Below, in pieces: positions 18,855-27,069 of a stretch of DNA of 62,332 bases (its first letter is position 1; the number at the start of each line of letters is the position of its first letter). The DNA is from Chloroflexota bacterium. Its GTDB lineage: Bacteria; Chloroflexota; Dormibacteria; Dormibacterales; Dormibacteraceae. The position numbers and the translations under genes are program-made. The notes under the pieces are model-generated. The model saw only the letters and a list, made by a program, of their open reading frames with translations. It was not told where the DNA came from and did no database searches. The DNA lies in contig VBHX01000184.1 in NCBI GenBank assembly GCA_005879945.1, positions 1-62,332 on the forward strand, written 5' to 3'.

Positions 18855-19771
18855 GTCGCTTCCCGCTCGTCGAACAGGGTGTAGGGGCGCATGGTCGCAC
18901 GGACGAAAGCGACCCGCGCCAGCGCCTCTGGCCGGTTGCGGCGGGTCCACTGCATGTAGTGCCATGCGGCTCTGCCGATCCTGCGTGCCGCGCCGTCCAG
19001 AAGCCGCGGATACAGCCACGGCGGGAGCCGGAGCCCGCGCGCCGATGCGTCCAACAGCCGCGGCGCCGATTTGTAAGCCAGCTGCGGAAAGTGCTCGAGC
19101 AGCGCCGGGTTCGCGTCGACGGCTTCGTTGAAGACCTCGTGTCCGAAAACCGGCTGTGACATGAGCATCTCGAAAGCCATGTCCTCGTCCAGGCGGACGA
19201 GCGGCTGGCATTGCGAGCGCTCGAGGATCAGGTTTGCGGTCATCAGTCGCGGCGCGATGGGACGGCGCGTGAGGTCGTCCACGGGTTTCGCGCGATGGCG
19301 CAGCGCGTGCAGCAGGCCGAGGACGTTGACCGCGACGTATGCGAGGTGGCGCCGGCCATCGTCGACGATCAGGTTGAGGTCGACGTCATCCGACTCCCTG
19401 AAGCCACCGCTCGCCAACGAGCCTGCGATGGAAACGCTGCGGATGAAAGGTGCGAACGCGACCAGGGTCCGAACAAAGGCGACGGTCATCTCCATGTAAG
19501 GCGAGGCGTCCCGCTCGTGATCGGCGGCCCGGGAGCGAATCCCGGCGGCGCGGGCTCCGTCCGCGCGCTGCACGACCAGGTCGTACGAGAGCGTCAGGTC
19601 CGGCGTGGCCGCCACCGCCCAACGCACGTCGCCCTCAGAGACCGGGCCGCCGAGGCACAGATTGCCCAGCCGATCGGGCGCAAGCGCGAAGCCACGGCGC
19701 GACAGGAGCGCGACCGTTCGGCGGATGCGTTCCGACGTGGATGAGGCTTGGGCTGGAGAATGGCCGATCAC
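18851..19771 (-). CDS. Nucleotidyltransferase-fold (pol-beta-like) protein of unknown function
   Basis: IAGSLASGGFRESDDVDLNLIV matches the GS-x(n)-DxD minimal NTase motif. First gene of the operon, GTG start. Confidence 0.6.
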   Translation of the reverse strand: MIGHSPAQASSTSERIRRTVALLSRRGFALAPDRLGNLCLGGPVSEGDVRWAVAATPDLTLSYDLVVQRADGARAAGIRSRAADHERDASPYMEMTVAFVRTLVAFAPFIRSVSIAGSLASGGFRESDDVDLNLIVDDGRRHLAYVAVNVLGLLHALRHRAKPVDDLTRRPIAPRLMTANLILERSQCQPLVRLDEDMAFEMLMSQPVFGHEVFNEAVDANPALLEHFPQLAYKSAPRLLDASARGLRLPPWLYPRLLDGAARRIGRAAWHYMQWTRRNRPEALARVAFVRATMRPYTLFDEREAT

Positions 19772-19909
19772 CGCAGCGCCTCCAAGAGTTCGAACCGGCT
19801 CACGAAGCCGATACGGCCCCGGGTTACGTCAGCTTCAACTTACGTCGCCTTCAAGTTTCGGGCATCATCGATGGTTGGCGCAGGCCCGATTTACTCCCAG
19901 GAGCTACCC

Positions 19910-21453
19910 ATGACCGCCGATGGACATTTCAAGGTCCCGACCCCCGTCAACGAGCCGGTGCGGGCCTACGCGCCCGGCGACCCACATCGAAAGAGCCTCA
20001 AGGCCCGCCTGGCCGAGCTGACCGACGCCCGTACCGAGGTACCGATGCAGATCGGGGGTGAGCGCCGCTGGGGCTCGTCACGAGGCGACATCCGGTCGCC
20101 CCACCGCCACGAGCTGGCCATCGCCGAATACGCGGTCGGCTCGAACCAGGATTTCGACGACGCCGTCGCGGCGGCGCTCAAGGCGCGCAAGGCATGGGCG
20201 GAAACCTCGTTCCATGAGCGCGCGGCGGTGCTGCTGAGAGCCGCATCGCTACTGGCAGGACCATGGCGGGACACCATCAATGCGGCGACTATGCTCGGCC
20301 AGTCGAAGACGGTCCACCAGGCCGAGATCGACGCGGCCTGCGAATCGGTCGACTTCTGGAGGTACAACGCGTACTTCGCCGACCAGCTGCTCGGACAGCA
20401 GCCGTTCAACGACGGCACCGCGTGGAACCGCCTCGAGTACAGGCCTCTCGAAGGCTTCGTATTCGCGGTGAGCCCGTTCAACTTCACGTCCATCGCCGCC
20501 AACCTGCCGACTGCTGCCGCGCTCATGGGCAACACGGTCGTGTTCAAGCCCGCGACGCAGAGCTCTCCGAGCGGGTCCTCGGGCACAAGGAGCTCGCGGG
20601 CATCCACTTCACCGGCTCGACCGAGGTGTTCCAGGGCATGTGGCGCACGGTCGGCGAGAAAGTCGGCCACTACCGAACCTATCCGCGCCTCGTCGGCGAG
20701 ACGGGCGGCAAGGACTTCGTCGTCGCGCACGAGTCGGCCGACTCCGACGCGCTGCGCACGGCGCTCATCCGCGGGGCGTTCGAGTACCAGGGGCAGAAAT
20801 GCTCCGCTGCGTCGCGCGCGTACATCCCGCAGTCGATGTGGAAGCACCTGAAGAACGAGATGGCGGAAGAGGTGGAGGCCATACCGCAGGGAGACGTCGC
20901 CGACTTTCGCAACTTCATGGGCGCGGTCATCGACGGCAACGCGTACGCGAAGCACATGAGCGCAATCGAATATGCGCGCAAGTCCGAGACCGCCACGGTC
21001 GTCGCCGGCGGCAAGGGCGACGACAAGGTGGGGTGGTTCGTCCGGCCAACCGTGATCGAGACCACCGACCCGGACTTCAAGCTGCTGAAGGAGGAGCTCT
21101 TCGGTCCGATCCTTACGATTTATCCGTACGCCGACGGCAAATTCGAAGACACGCTCGACCTTGTCGACCGCACGAGCCCCTACGGTCTCACCGGCGCGAT
21201 CTTCGCGCGTGACCGGCAGGCGATCCGCAAAGCGTCCGAGACGCTGGTCAACGCGGCCGGGAACTTCTACATCAACGATAAGCCCACGGGTGCGGTGGTC
21301 GGCCTGCAGCCGTTCGGTGGTGCGCGCGCTTCAGGCACCAACGACAAGGCCGGTTCGATTCTCAACCTGATCCGCTGGACCAGCCCGCGCGTAATCAAGG
21401 AGACGTACGTGCCACCCACAGATCACCGCTATCCGTTCATGGACGCGGAGTAA
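19910..21453 (+). pseudogene. pruA: 1-pyrroline-5-carboxylate (L-glutamate gamma-semialdehyde) dehydrogenase, disrupted by an internal deletion plus frameshift
   Basis: The N-terminal half lies in the frame of ORF 19748..20851 (to ...GNTVVFKPATQ). The C-terminal half lies in the frame of ORF 20263..21453 (ELSERVLGHKELAGIHFTGS...ETGGKDF...GQKCSAASR...). The segment that normally lies between (…EAGLPxGV.N.V.G…) is absent. ATG at 19910 preceded by AGGAG. Confidence 0.85.
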
Positions 21454-21496
21454 ATCGCTGACGGTTCGCTACGAACCTGATTGGCCGGTCGTCGTC

Positions 21497-22216
21497 GTGA
21501 CCATCGACCGGCCCGAGGTCCGCAACGCCGTCGACCCTGACACTGCCGCACGGCTGGTCGAGTGCTTCAAGCGGTTCGCGGCCGACGACGAGCTGAGGGT
21601 TGCCGTTCTGACCGGCGCCGGCGGCAACTTCTGCGCCGGCTTCGACCTCAAGGCTCTCGCGCGTGGAGATGGCCGCCGGTTGAAAACCAGCGGCCCCGGG
21701 CCGATGGGCCCGACCCGCATGTTTCTCGACAAGCCAGTGGTCGCGGCGATCGAAGGCTACGCAGTCGCGGGCGGGCTCGAGCTGGCGCTCTGGTGCGACC
21801 TCAGGGTGGCCGCGCGGGACGCAACGTTGGGCGTGTTCAGCCGCCGGTTCGGCGTTCCGCTGATCGACCTCGGCACCATCCGGCTGCCGCGCATGATCGG
21901 GCAGGGCCGGGCGATGGACCTTGTTCTCACCGGTCGACCCGTCCCGGCGGTCGAGGCGCTGGGGATCGGCCTGGTGGAGAGGCTCGTTCCAACGGGCACG
22001 GCGCTGGCGGAGGCCGTCGCGCTGGCTCGCCGGCTGGCAGAGCTCCCGCAGGGCGCGCTGCGCGCCGATCGCCGAAGCGTCCTCAAGCAGTGGTCACTCA
22101 GCGTCGACGATGCGATACGGGCTGAGTTTCGCGGTGGGATCAAGGTGGTCGCGTCTGGTGAGTCGCAGTCCGGCGCACGCCAATTTGTCGAGGGAATTGG
22201 CCGGCATGGCGAATGA
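21497..22216 (+). CDS. Enoyl-CoA hydratase/isomerase (crotonase) family protein. The conserved N-terminus continues upstream to a probable CTG start at 21458.
   Basis: VTIDRPEVRNAVD...GAGGNFCAGFDLK...VAAIEGYAVAGGLELALWCD. Upstream and in frame: LTVRYEPDWPVVV, with GGAG 7 nt before the CTG. Confidence 0.88.
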   Translation: MTIDRPEVRNAVDPDTAARLVECFKRFAADDELRVAVLTGAGGNFCAGFDLKALARGDGRRLKTSGPGPMGPTRMFLDKPVVAAIEGYAVAGGLELALWCDLRVAARDATLGVFSRRFGVPLIDLGTIRLPRMIGQGRAMDLVLTGRPVPAVEALGIGLVERLVPTGTALAEAVALARRLAELPQGALRADRRSVLKQWSLSVDDAIRAEFRGGIKVVASGESQSGARQFVEGIGRHGE

Positions 22217-23224
22217 TTGAAGGTTGAGCGGATGAGCGGCTCCGAAGCGGTCATCCAGGCCAACGGCCTGGTCAAGCGATACGGCCAGCTCGAGGCTGTC
22301 CGGGGCATCGACCTCGAGGTCAAGCACGGCGAGATATTCGGGTTTCTCGGCCCGAACGGCGCCGGCAAGTCGACCACGATATCGATCCTCTGCACGCTGC
22401 TCGTGCCGTCGGCCGGGACCGCTAAGGTGGCCGGCATCGACGTCGTCCAGGATCCGGCGCGGGTTCGCCAGCGCATCGGCCTGGTCTTCCAGGACCCGTC
22501 GCTCGACGACCAGTTGACCGGTCGCGAGAACCTCGAGTTTCACGCCTGGATCTACAGCGTTCCCGCGAGCGAGCGTGGCAAGCGCATCGACGAGATGCTG
22601 GCTCTGCTGCAGCTCACCGAGCGCGCCGGCTCCCAGGTGCGGACGTACTCGGGCGGCATGAAGCGCCGGCTCGAGATCGCGCGTGGCATGCTCCACCAGC
22701 CGCAGATCCTTTTCCTCGACGAGCCAACGCTGGGTCTCGACCCGCAGACCCGCCAGAGCATATGGACGCACCTCAACGAGCTGCGTACCACCACGGGCAT
22801 CACGATCTTCATGACCACGCACTACATGGACGAGGCCGAATACTGCGATCGCATCGCGATCATCGACCGGGGCAAGATCGTCGCCCTGGGTACGCCCGAT
22901 GAGTTGAAGGCTATGGTCGGCGGCGACGTGGTGACGATCACATCGAGCCGCCCGGAGGAGGCCGCTGCCGAGATCGAGAAGCGGCTTGGCGTGACACCTA
23001 TCCGCGACAACGGAAGCCTGCGGATAGAGGTGCCAGACGCGAAGGTGTTCGTGCCCCGCCTGGTGCGCGAGCTCGAGGCGCCAGTGGACACGGTCACGCT
23101 GCGCCGGCCAAGCCTGGACGACGTCTTCTTGAAACTCACGGGCCGCGCCATCCGCGACGAGGAGGCGGGCACGAAAGACCAGATGCGAGCGATGGCGAGC
23201 CGATGGATGGGGCGACGCCGGTGA
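22217..23224 (+). CDS. ABC transporter ATP-binding protein (DrrA/ABC-2 type)
   Basis: Walker A GPNGAGKST, signature YSGGMKRRL, Walker B ILFLDEPTLGLD. TTG at 22217 or ATG at 22232. Confidence 0.92.
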   Translation: MKVERMSGSEAVIQANGLVKRYGQLEAVRGIDLEVKHGEIFGFLGPNGAGKSTTISILCTLLVPSAGTAKVAGIDVVQDPARVRQRIGLVFQDPSLDDQLTGRENLEFHAWIYSVPASERGKRIDEMLALLQLTERAGSQVRTYSGGMKRRLEIARGMLHQPQILFLDEPTLGLDPQTRQSIWTHLNELRTTTGITIFMTTHYMDEAEYCDRIAIIDRGKIVALGTPDELKAMVGGDVVTITSSRPEEAAAEIEKRLGVTPIRDNGSLRIEVPDAKVFVPRLVRELEAPVDTVTLRRPSLDDVFLKLTGRAIRDEEAGTKDQMRAMASRWMGRRR

Positions 23225-24108
23225 CCGCGAAAGCCATCGCCCCGGAAACCGCGCCCTCGACGCCGGCGGCCGAGCGCGTCGACACCCGCCTGGCGAGCCT
23301 ACGCGCGATCTACATCATCTGGTACCGAGACATCCTCCGCTACTGGCGTGACCGCTGGCGGCTGGTGGCATCGCTGGCGCAGCCACTGCTGTTCCTCATC
23401 GTCTTCGGCTCAGGGCTGAGCTCAGCATTGGGACGTGGCGCCTTGTTCGGCAGCGCGGGCGGCTTTACCTACATCCAGTTCATGTATCCCGGCATCATCG
23501 GGATGGCGATCCTGTTCACCGCGATCTTCGGCGCGATGTCGATCGTGTGGGACCGCGAGTTCGGGTTCCTGAAAGAGGTGCTGGTCGCGCCCATCGACCG
23601 ATCGGCGGTGGCCATCGGCAAGGCACTTGGCAGCACGACCCAGGCGATGATCCAGGGCTTGATCCTGCTCGTGCTCGCGCCGTTCGTCGGCGTGAAGCTC
23701 AACCTGCTGACGGTGATCGAGCTGATCCCACTCGCCGCCGTGCTCGCGTTCGGGCTGTCGTCGTTTGGCGTAGCGCTCGCATCGAGCATGAAATCGCTTC
23801 AGGGCTTCCAGGTGGTGATGAACTTTCTGATGATGCCGATGTTCTTCCTGTCAGGCGCACTGTTCCCGCTCACCAACCTGCCCGGTTGGATGACGGTCCT
23901 GACTCGCATCGACCCCGCGTCCTACGGAATCGATCCCTTGCGCCGGGTCGTCCTGTCGGATTCAGGCCGGTCCAGCGCGCTGGTCGATCGATTCGCGCTG
24001 ACGATCAACGGACAGGTGCTCGCGGTCCCGCTCGAGGCCGGCATCGTGCTCGCGTTCGGAGCCGTGATGCTCGGCATCGCCGTGATGATGTTTCAGCGCC
24101 GCGACTGA
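23221..24108 (+). CDS. ABC-2 type transporter permease
   Basis: Six hydrophobic spans. The GTG start overlaps the ATPase stop (GTGA). Typical ABC-2 N-terminus ...AIYIIWYRDILRYWRDRWR. Confidence 0.85.
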   Translation: MTAKAIAPETAPSTPAAERVDTRLASLRAIYIIWYRDILRYWRDRWRLVASLAQPLLFLIVFGSGLSSALGRGALFGSAGGFTYIQFMYPGIIGMAILFTAIFGAMSIVWDREFGFLKEVLVAPIDRSAVAIGKALGSTTQAMIQGLILLVLAPFVGVKLNLLTVIELIPLAAVLAFGLSSFGVALASSMKSLQGFQVVMNFLMMPMFFLSGALFPLTNLPGWMTVLTRIDPASYGIDPLRRVVLSDSGRSSALVDRFALTINGQVLAVPLEAGIVLAFGAVMLGIAVMMFQRRD

Positions 24109-25069
24109 GAGAAGAACCAGAGCCAGTATCTCTCCGGCAATCAACGGCAGCGGTCCCCAAACGGTGATCCCCTCGATACCCGCCGACGAGGGCGGGCACG
24201 TACAGCCATTCCGGCGATCGCTTGCGGAAGCGATAGACGAGTGCGAGCGCCCAGATCGCGATTGAGACCTGCAGCACACGTGTAACCGTGAGATCGCCGA
24301 TGTATGGGGCCACCGTCAGCTCTCGGTTGATGGCGACGCTTGCCGCGAAAGTCAGCCGCTGCTGGTAGGCGGCGATTCCGTCCATGCCCACATTGATAGC
24401 GGACGCTTGCGCGAGCGCTCCGATGGCGACCGCGGCGCCGGCGAAAGCGCGAAGCCGGCCGCCCGCCAGCAATGCCACGGGCACGAGGAAACCTAGCTGC
24501 GGCTTGAGCACGATGGCGCCGAGCGCGAGTCCGCTGAGAAATGGACGGCCGGACCTGAGCAGCGCGTATGAGGCGGCGACGCTGAGGGCCACGAGGAGCC
24601 CGGGCTGTCCAAGCTGGAGGCCGTAGATGACCGGTATCCAGCCCAGAGCCGCCGCCAGGTGGATGAGTCGAACCCGGCCGGCGCCGGGAGCCGCGAGATA
24701 CCACGTGCCGGCCAGCGCGACCAGCAGGAGGGCGCTCCACAGCCAGTAAGCGACCTCGTAGGGAGCGAAGGTGAACGGAAGCGCCAGCCACGCGACCGGC
24801 GGCGGGCTTATGTACCGCGCCAGCTGTGCGATGCCTATATGCGATCGCATGGCGTCGAGCTGAGCCTGCTGCAGGCCGAGGTCGTAGATCGAATGCCAGC
24901 CGTGGTTGAGGCCGATCCTTGCCGCCGCGAAATAGAAGGTGAAGTCGTTGTGGAAGTGGTCGGAGGCGAAGGCGGCCGCCCACTGGTAGAGGTCGAAGGC
25001 GGCCAGCAGGACCGCGGCCGTCGCCCCGGCCGTGATGCCCAGGTTGCGCCAGCGCCTCGTGCCATTCAT
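24005..25069 (-). CDS. Polytopic membrane protein, GT87/DUF2029-like glycosyltransferase
   Basis: ATG at 25069. SDHFHNDFTFYFAAARIGL...YISPPPVAWLALPF... and multiple TM spans. The last ~55 codons are R/S/G-rich and overlap the convergent permease gene by 104 nt, so the true 3' end is uncertain. Confidence 0.6.
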   Translation of the reverse strand: MNGTRRWRNLGITAGATAAVLLAAFDLYQWAAAFASDHFHNDFTFYFAAARIGLNHGWHSIYDLGLQQAQLDAMRSHIGIAQLARYISPPPVAWLALPFTFAPYEVAYWLWSALLLVALAGTWYLAAPGAGRVRLIHLAAALGWIPVIYGLQLGQPGLLVALSVAASYALLRSGRPFLSGLALGAIVLKPQLGFLVPVALLAGGRLRAFAGAAVAIGALAQASAINVGMDGIAAYQQRLTFAASVAINRELTVAPYIGDLTVTRVLQVSIAIWALALVYRFRKRSPEWLYVPALVGGYRGDHRLGTAAVDCRRDTGSGSSLSRGAETSSRRCRASRLRTRARCRPRAGPRAPVR

Positions 25070-25112
25070 GCAGAGCGATCCTAGTCGGCGGTTCCCGTAC
25101 CTTGTTCGCAAT

Positions 25113-25649
25113 ATGGCCCAGGTCGGCTTCGAACCACGGGTGCTCGAATTAACCGACGGAACCCGGGTCCACGTCCGGCCCATCGTCCCCGAGGACGAGC
25201 CCCTACTGATCGAAGCAGTGGCGGCGATGTCGGAGCGGACGGTCTATTTCCGGTTCTTCTCGCCGCTCAAGCGCCTCCCCGACGCGCTCGCGCACCGGCT
25301 GGCCGTGGTCGACTACAACGATCGGTTCGCGCTGGTCGCCACGACGCACAAACCTGGAAGCAGAGAACGAATCGTCGGCGTGGCCCGCTACGACCGCGCT
25401 GCCAAAACGGATGTGGCGGAGACCGCGGTCGCGGTGATCGACGAGTTCCAGCGGCGTGGACTTGGAAGCGCCCTTCTCGCCATCCTCGCGAAGGTGGCGC
25501 GAGACCAAGGCATCAAGACCTTCACCCTGATCGTGTTGCCCGAAAATCAGCAGATGCTCGGCCTGCTGCGCAAGATGGGCTGGATCCATCATGCCAAGCT
25601 GACCGGTGGCGTCTACGAGATCAGCTTCGATCTCCCCGAGCAATCCTGA
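25113..25649 (+). CDS. GNAT-family N-acetyltransferase (Pat/acetyl-CoA-synthetase-associated GNAT type)
   Basis: VRPIVPEDEPLLIEAVAAMSERTVYFRFFSP...VIDEFQRRGLGSALL. ATG at 25113; the longer ORF from 25032 would overlap the divergent gene. Confidence 0.8.
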   Translation: MAQVGFEPRVLELTDGTRVHVRPIVPEDEPLLIEAVAAMSERTVYFRFFSPLKRLPDALAHRLAVVDYNDRFALVATTHKPGSRERIVGVARYDRAAKTDVAETAVAVIDEFQRRGLGSALLAILAKVARDQGIKTFTLIVLPENQQMLGLLRKMGWIHHAKLTGGVYEISFDLPEQS

Positions 25650-26272
25650 TGGACACCCAGCTGCTCGCATTCGTGGGCGTATCGCTGCTGCTGGCGGTCA
25701 CGCCCGGTCCCGACATGGCGGTAGTGACCAAGAACGCCCTCGCGCACGGGCGCCGCGGCGTTTTGCTGACCACCACGGGCATCGGGCTGGCGCTCGTCAT
25801 CTGGGCGACCGCCACCGCGGTCGGACTCTCGGCCGTCCTGAGGGCCTCCGGCGATCTTCTCTTCGTGCTCAAGATCGCCGGCGCCGCCTACCTCGCCTAC
25901 CTCGGTCTGCGGACGCTGCTCGATTCGCGCCGGCGCCCGGCCGACCTTCTCGCCGGCTCGCCACCGCCCGCGCCTGCGCACGCGATCTTCCGCCAGGGCT
26001 TTCTATCGGCGATCTCCAACCCGAAGCTGGGCGTGTTCTTCGTGACGTTTCTGCCGCAGTTCGTCGGGCCCGGGCAGTCATTGCTGCCGCGGCTGCTCGA
26101 GCTCGGATTCGTTTTCGCGGTCATCGGCTGGACGTGGATGAACGTGTACGGGCTTTTGATCACGCGGATTCGAGACTTCATCACCGCGCCGCGCGTCCGG
26201 CAGTGGATGCAGCGGGTGACCGGGGTGGTGCTGCTCGGCTTCGGCGCCCGGCTCGCGCTAGAACGGGTGTAA
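25649..26272 (+). CDS. LysE/RhtB-family amino-acid exporter
   Basis: LLAVTPGPDMAVVTKNAL..., with 5-6 TM spans. ATGA overlap with the GNAT stop. Confidence 0.85.
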   Translation: MDTQLLAFVGVSLLLAVTPGPDMAVVTKNALAHGRRGVLLTTTGIGLALVIWATATAVGLSAVLRASGDLLFVLKIAGAAYLAYLGLRTLLDSRRRPADLLAGSPPPAPAHAIFRQGFLSAISNPKLGVFFVTFLPQFVGPGQSLLPRLLELGFVFAVIGWTWMNVYGLLITRIRDFITAPRVRQWMQRVTGVVLLGFGARLALERV

Positions 26273-26289
26273 CGGGGACGAACCTTCAG

Positions 26290-27069
26290 CTAGAGGCCGC
26301 CCCACTGAAACTCCTGGCAAAGCGCGTCGAAGTACTGGCCCTCGGGAATGCCGTTCGCAAAGTGCTTGACGTCGGCGGGATTGGCGCCGAACATGACCAC
26401 GGTCACGCCTCCCCTGGTCGCAGCGCTGACGAAGAACCGGACCTGGGCCGCCGTCGCGTTCGAGCCGACGAGATTGGCCGAGTACACGGCGCCCATCCCG
26501 TCCTGGTCGCCGATGTGCGCCCCCTTGAGGTCGGTCACCTTGGCCACGCTCTGCCATGTGGAAGTCGGCAGCGCGCTGACCGTCGACTGGATCACCTGAT
26601 CGAGCGAAAGGCTCGACTTCGTACCCGCTACCTGCAGCAGCCCGAGCTTCGTGGCGAGCGTGATGCCTTGCGTGTCCTGGGTGCGCACCGTCCAGTTGGG
26701 GTCGTAGGCGACCTGGTATCCGAAGGCCGCGCTCTTGTACACGGCCGGCGCGGGCAGCGGCGTCACGATCTTCGCGCCGCAGTTGGACGTGCATGCCTTA
26801 CGCGAACCGATGACCTGCGAGACAGCGAACGCGCTTCCGGCCACCGTCACGATCGCCAGGATGATCATCAGCCCGGCGGCGACCGCGAGCTGTGAACCCG
26901 AGAATCGACGTACTCCCGAGAGCTGACGAGCAGGCGCGGATGGATATGCGTACGCAGACGGTGTTGTGACCATCGGCCGCGCCTGAGGCGCGCCGCAGCG
27001 GCCGCAGAAGGGCGCGAAAGGCGGGACCTGCGCGCCACACGATCCGCAGTAACGCGGCTGCACCGCCAT
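26290..27069 (-). CDS. Zinc-ribbon / single-TM / extracytoplasmic-domain protein
   Basis: MAVQPRYCGSCGAQVPPFAPFCGRCGAP (double CxxC), a TM span LAVAAGLMIILAIVTVAGSAF, then a ~170-aa domain. The ATG overlaps the upstream stop (ATGA). Confidence 0.7.
   Translation of the reverse strand: MAVQPRYCGSCGAQVPPFAPFCGRCGAPQARPMVTTPSAYAYPSAPARQLSGVRRFSGSQLAVAAGLMIILAIVTVAGSAFAVSQVIGSRKACTSNCGAKIVTPLPAPAVYKSAAFGYQVAYDPNWTVRTQDTQGITLATKLGLLQVAGTKSSLSLDQVIQSTVSALPTSTWQSVAKVTDLKGAHIGDQDGMGAVYSANLVGSNATAAQVRFFVSAATRGGVTVVMFGANPADVKHFANGIPEGQYFDALCQEFQWGGL

Noticed and set aside
18855-19211. N-terminal 119-codon extension of the glycosyltransferase fusion (ORF track 15282..19211).
   Set aside because: The extension is Arg/Ala-rich and overlaps the upstream NTase-fold gene. 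A GTG at 18854 forms a GTGA overlap with that gene's stop and precedes the first TM helix of the GT2 module.
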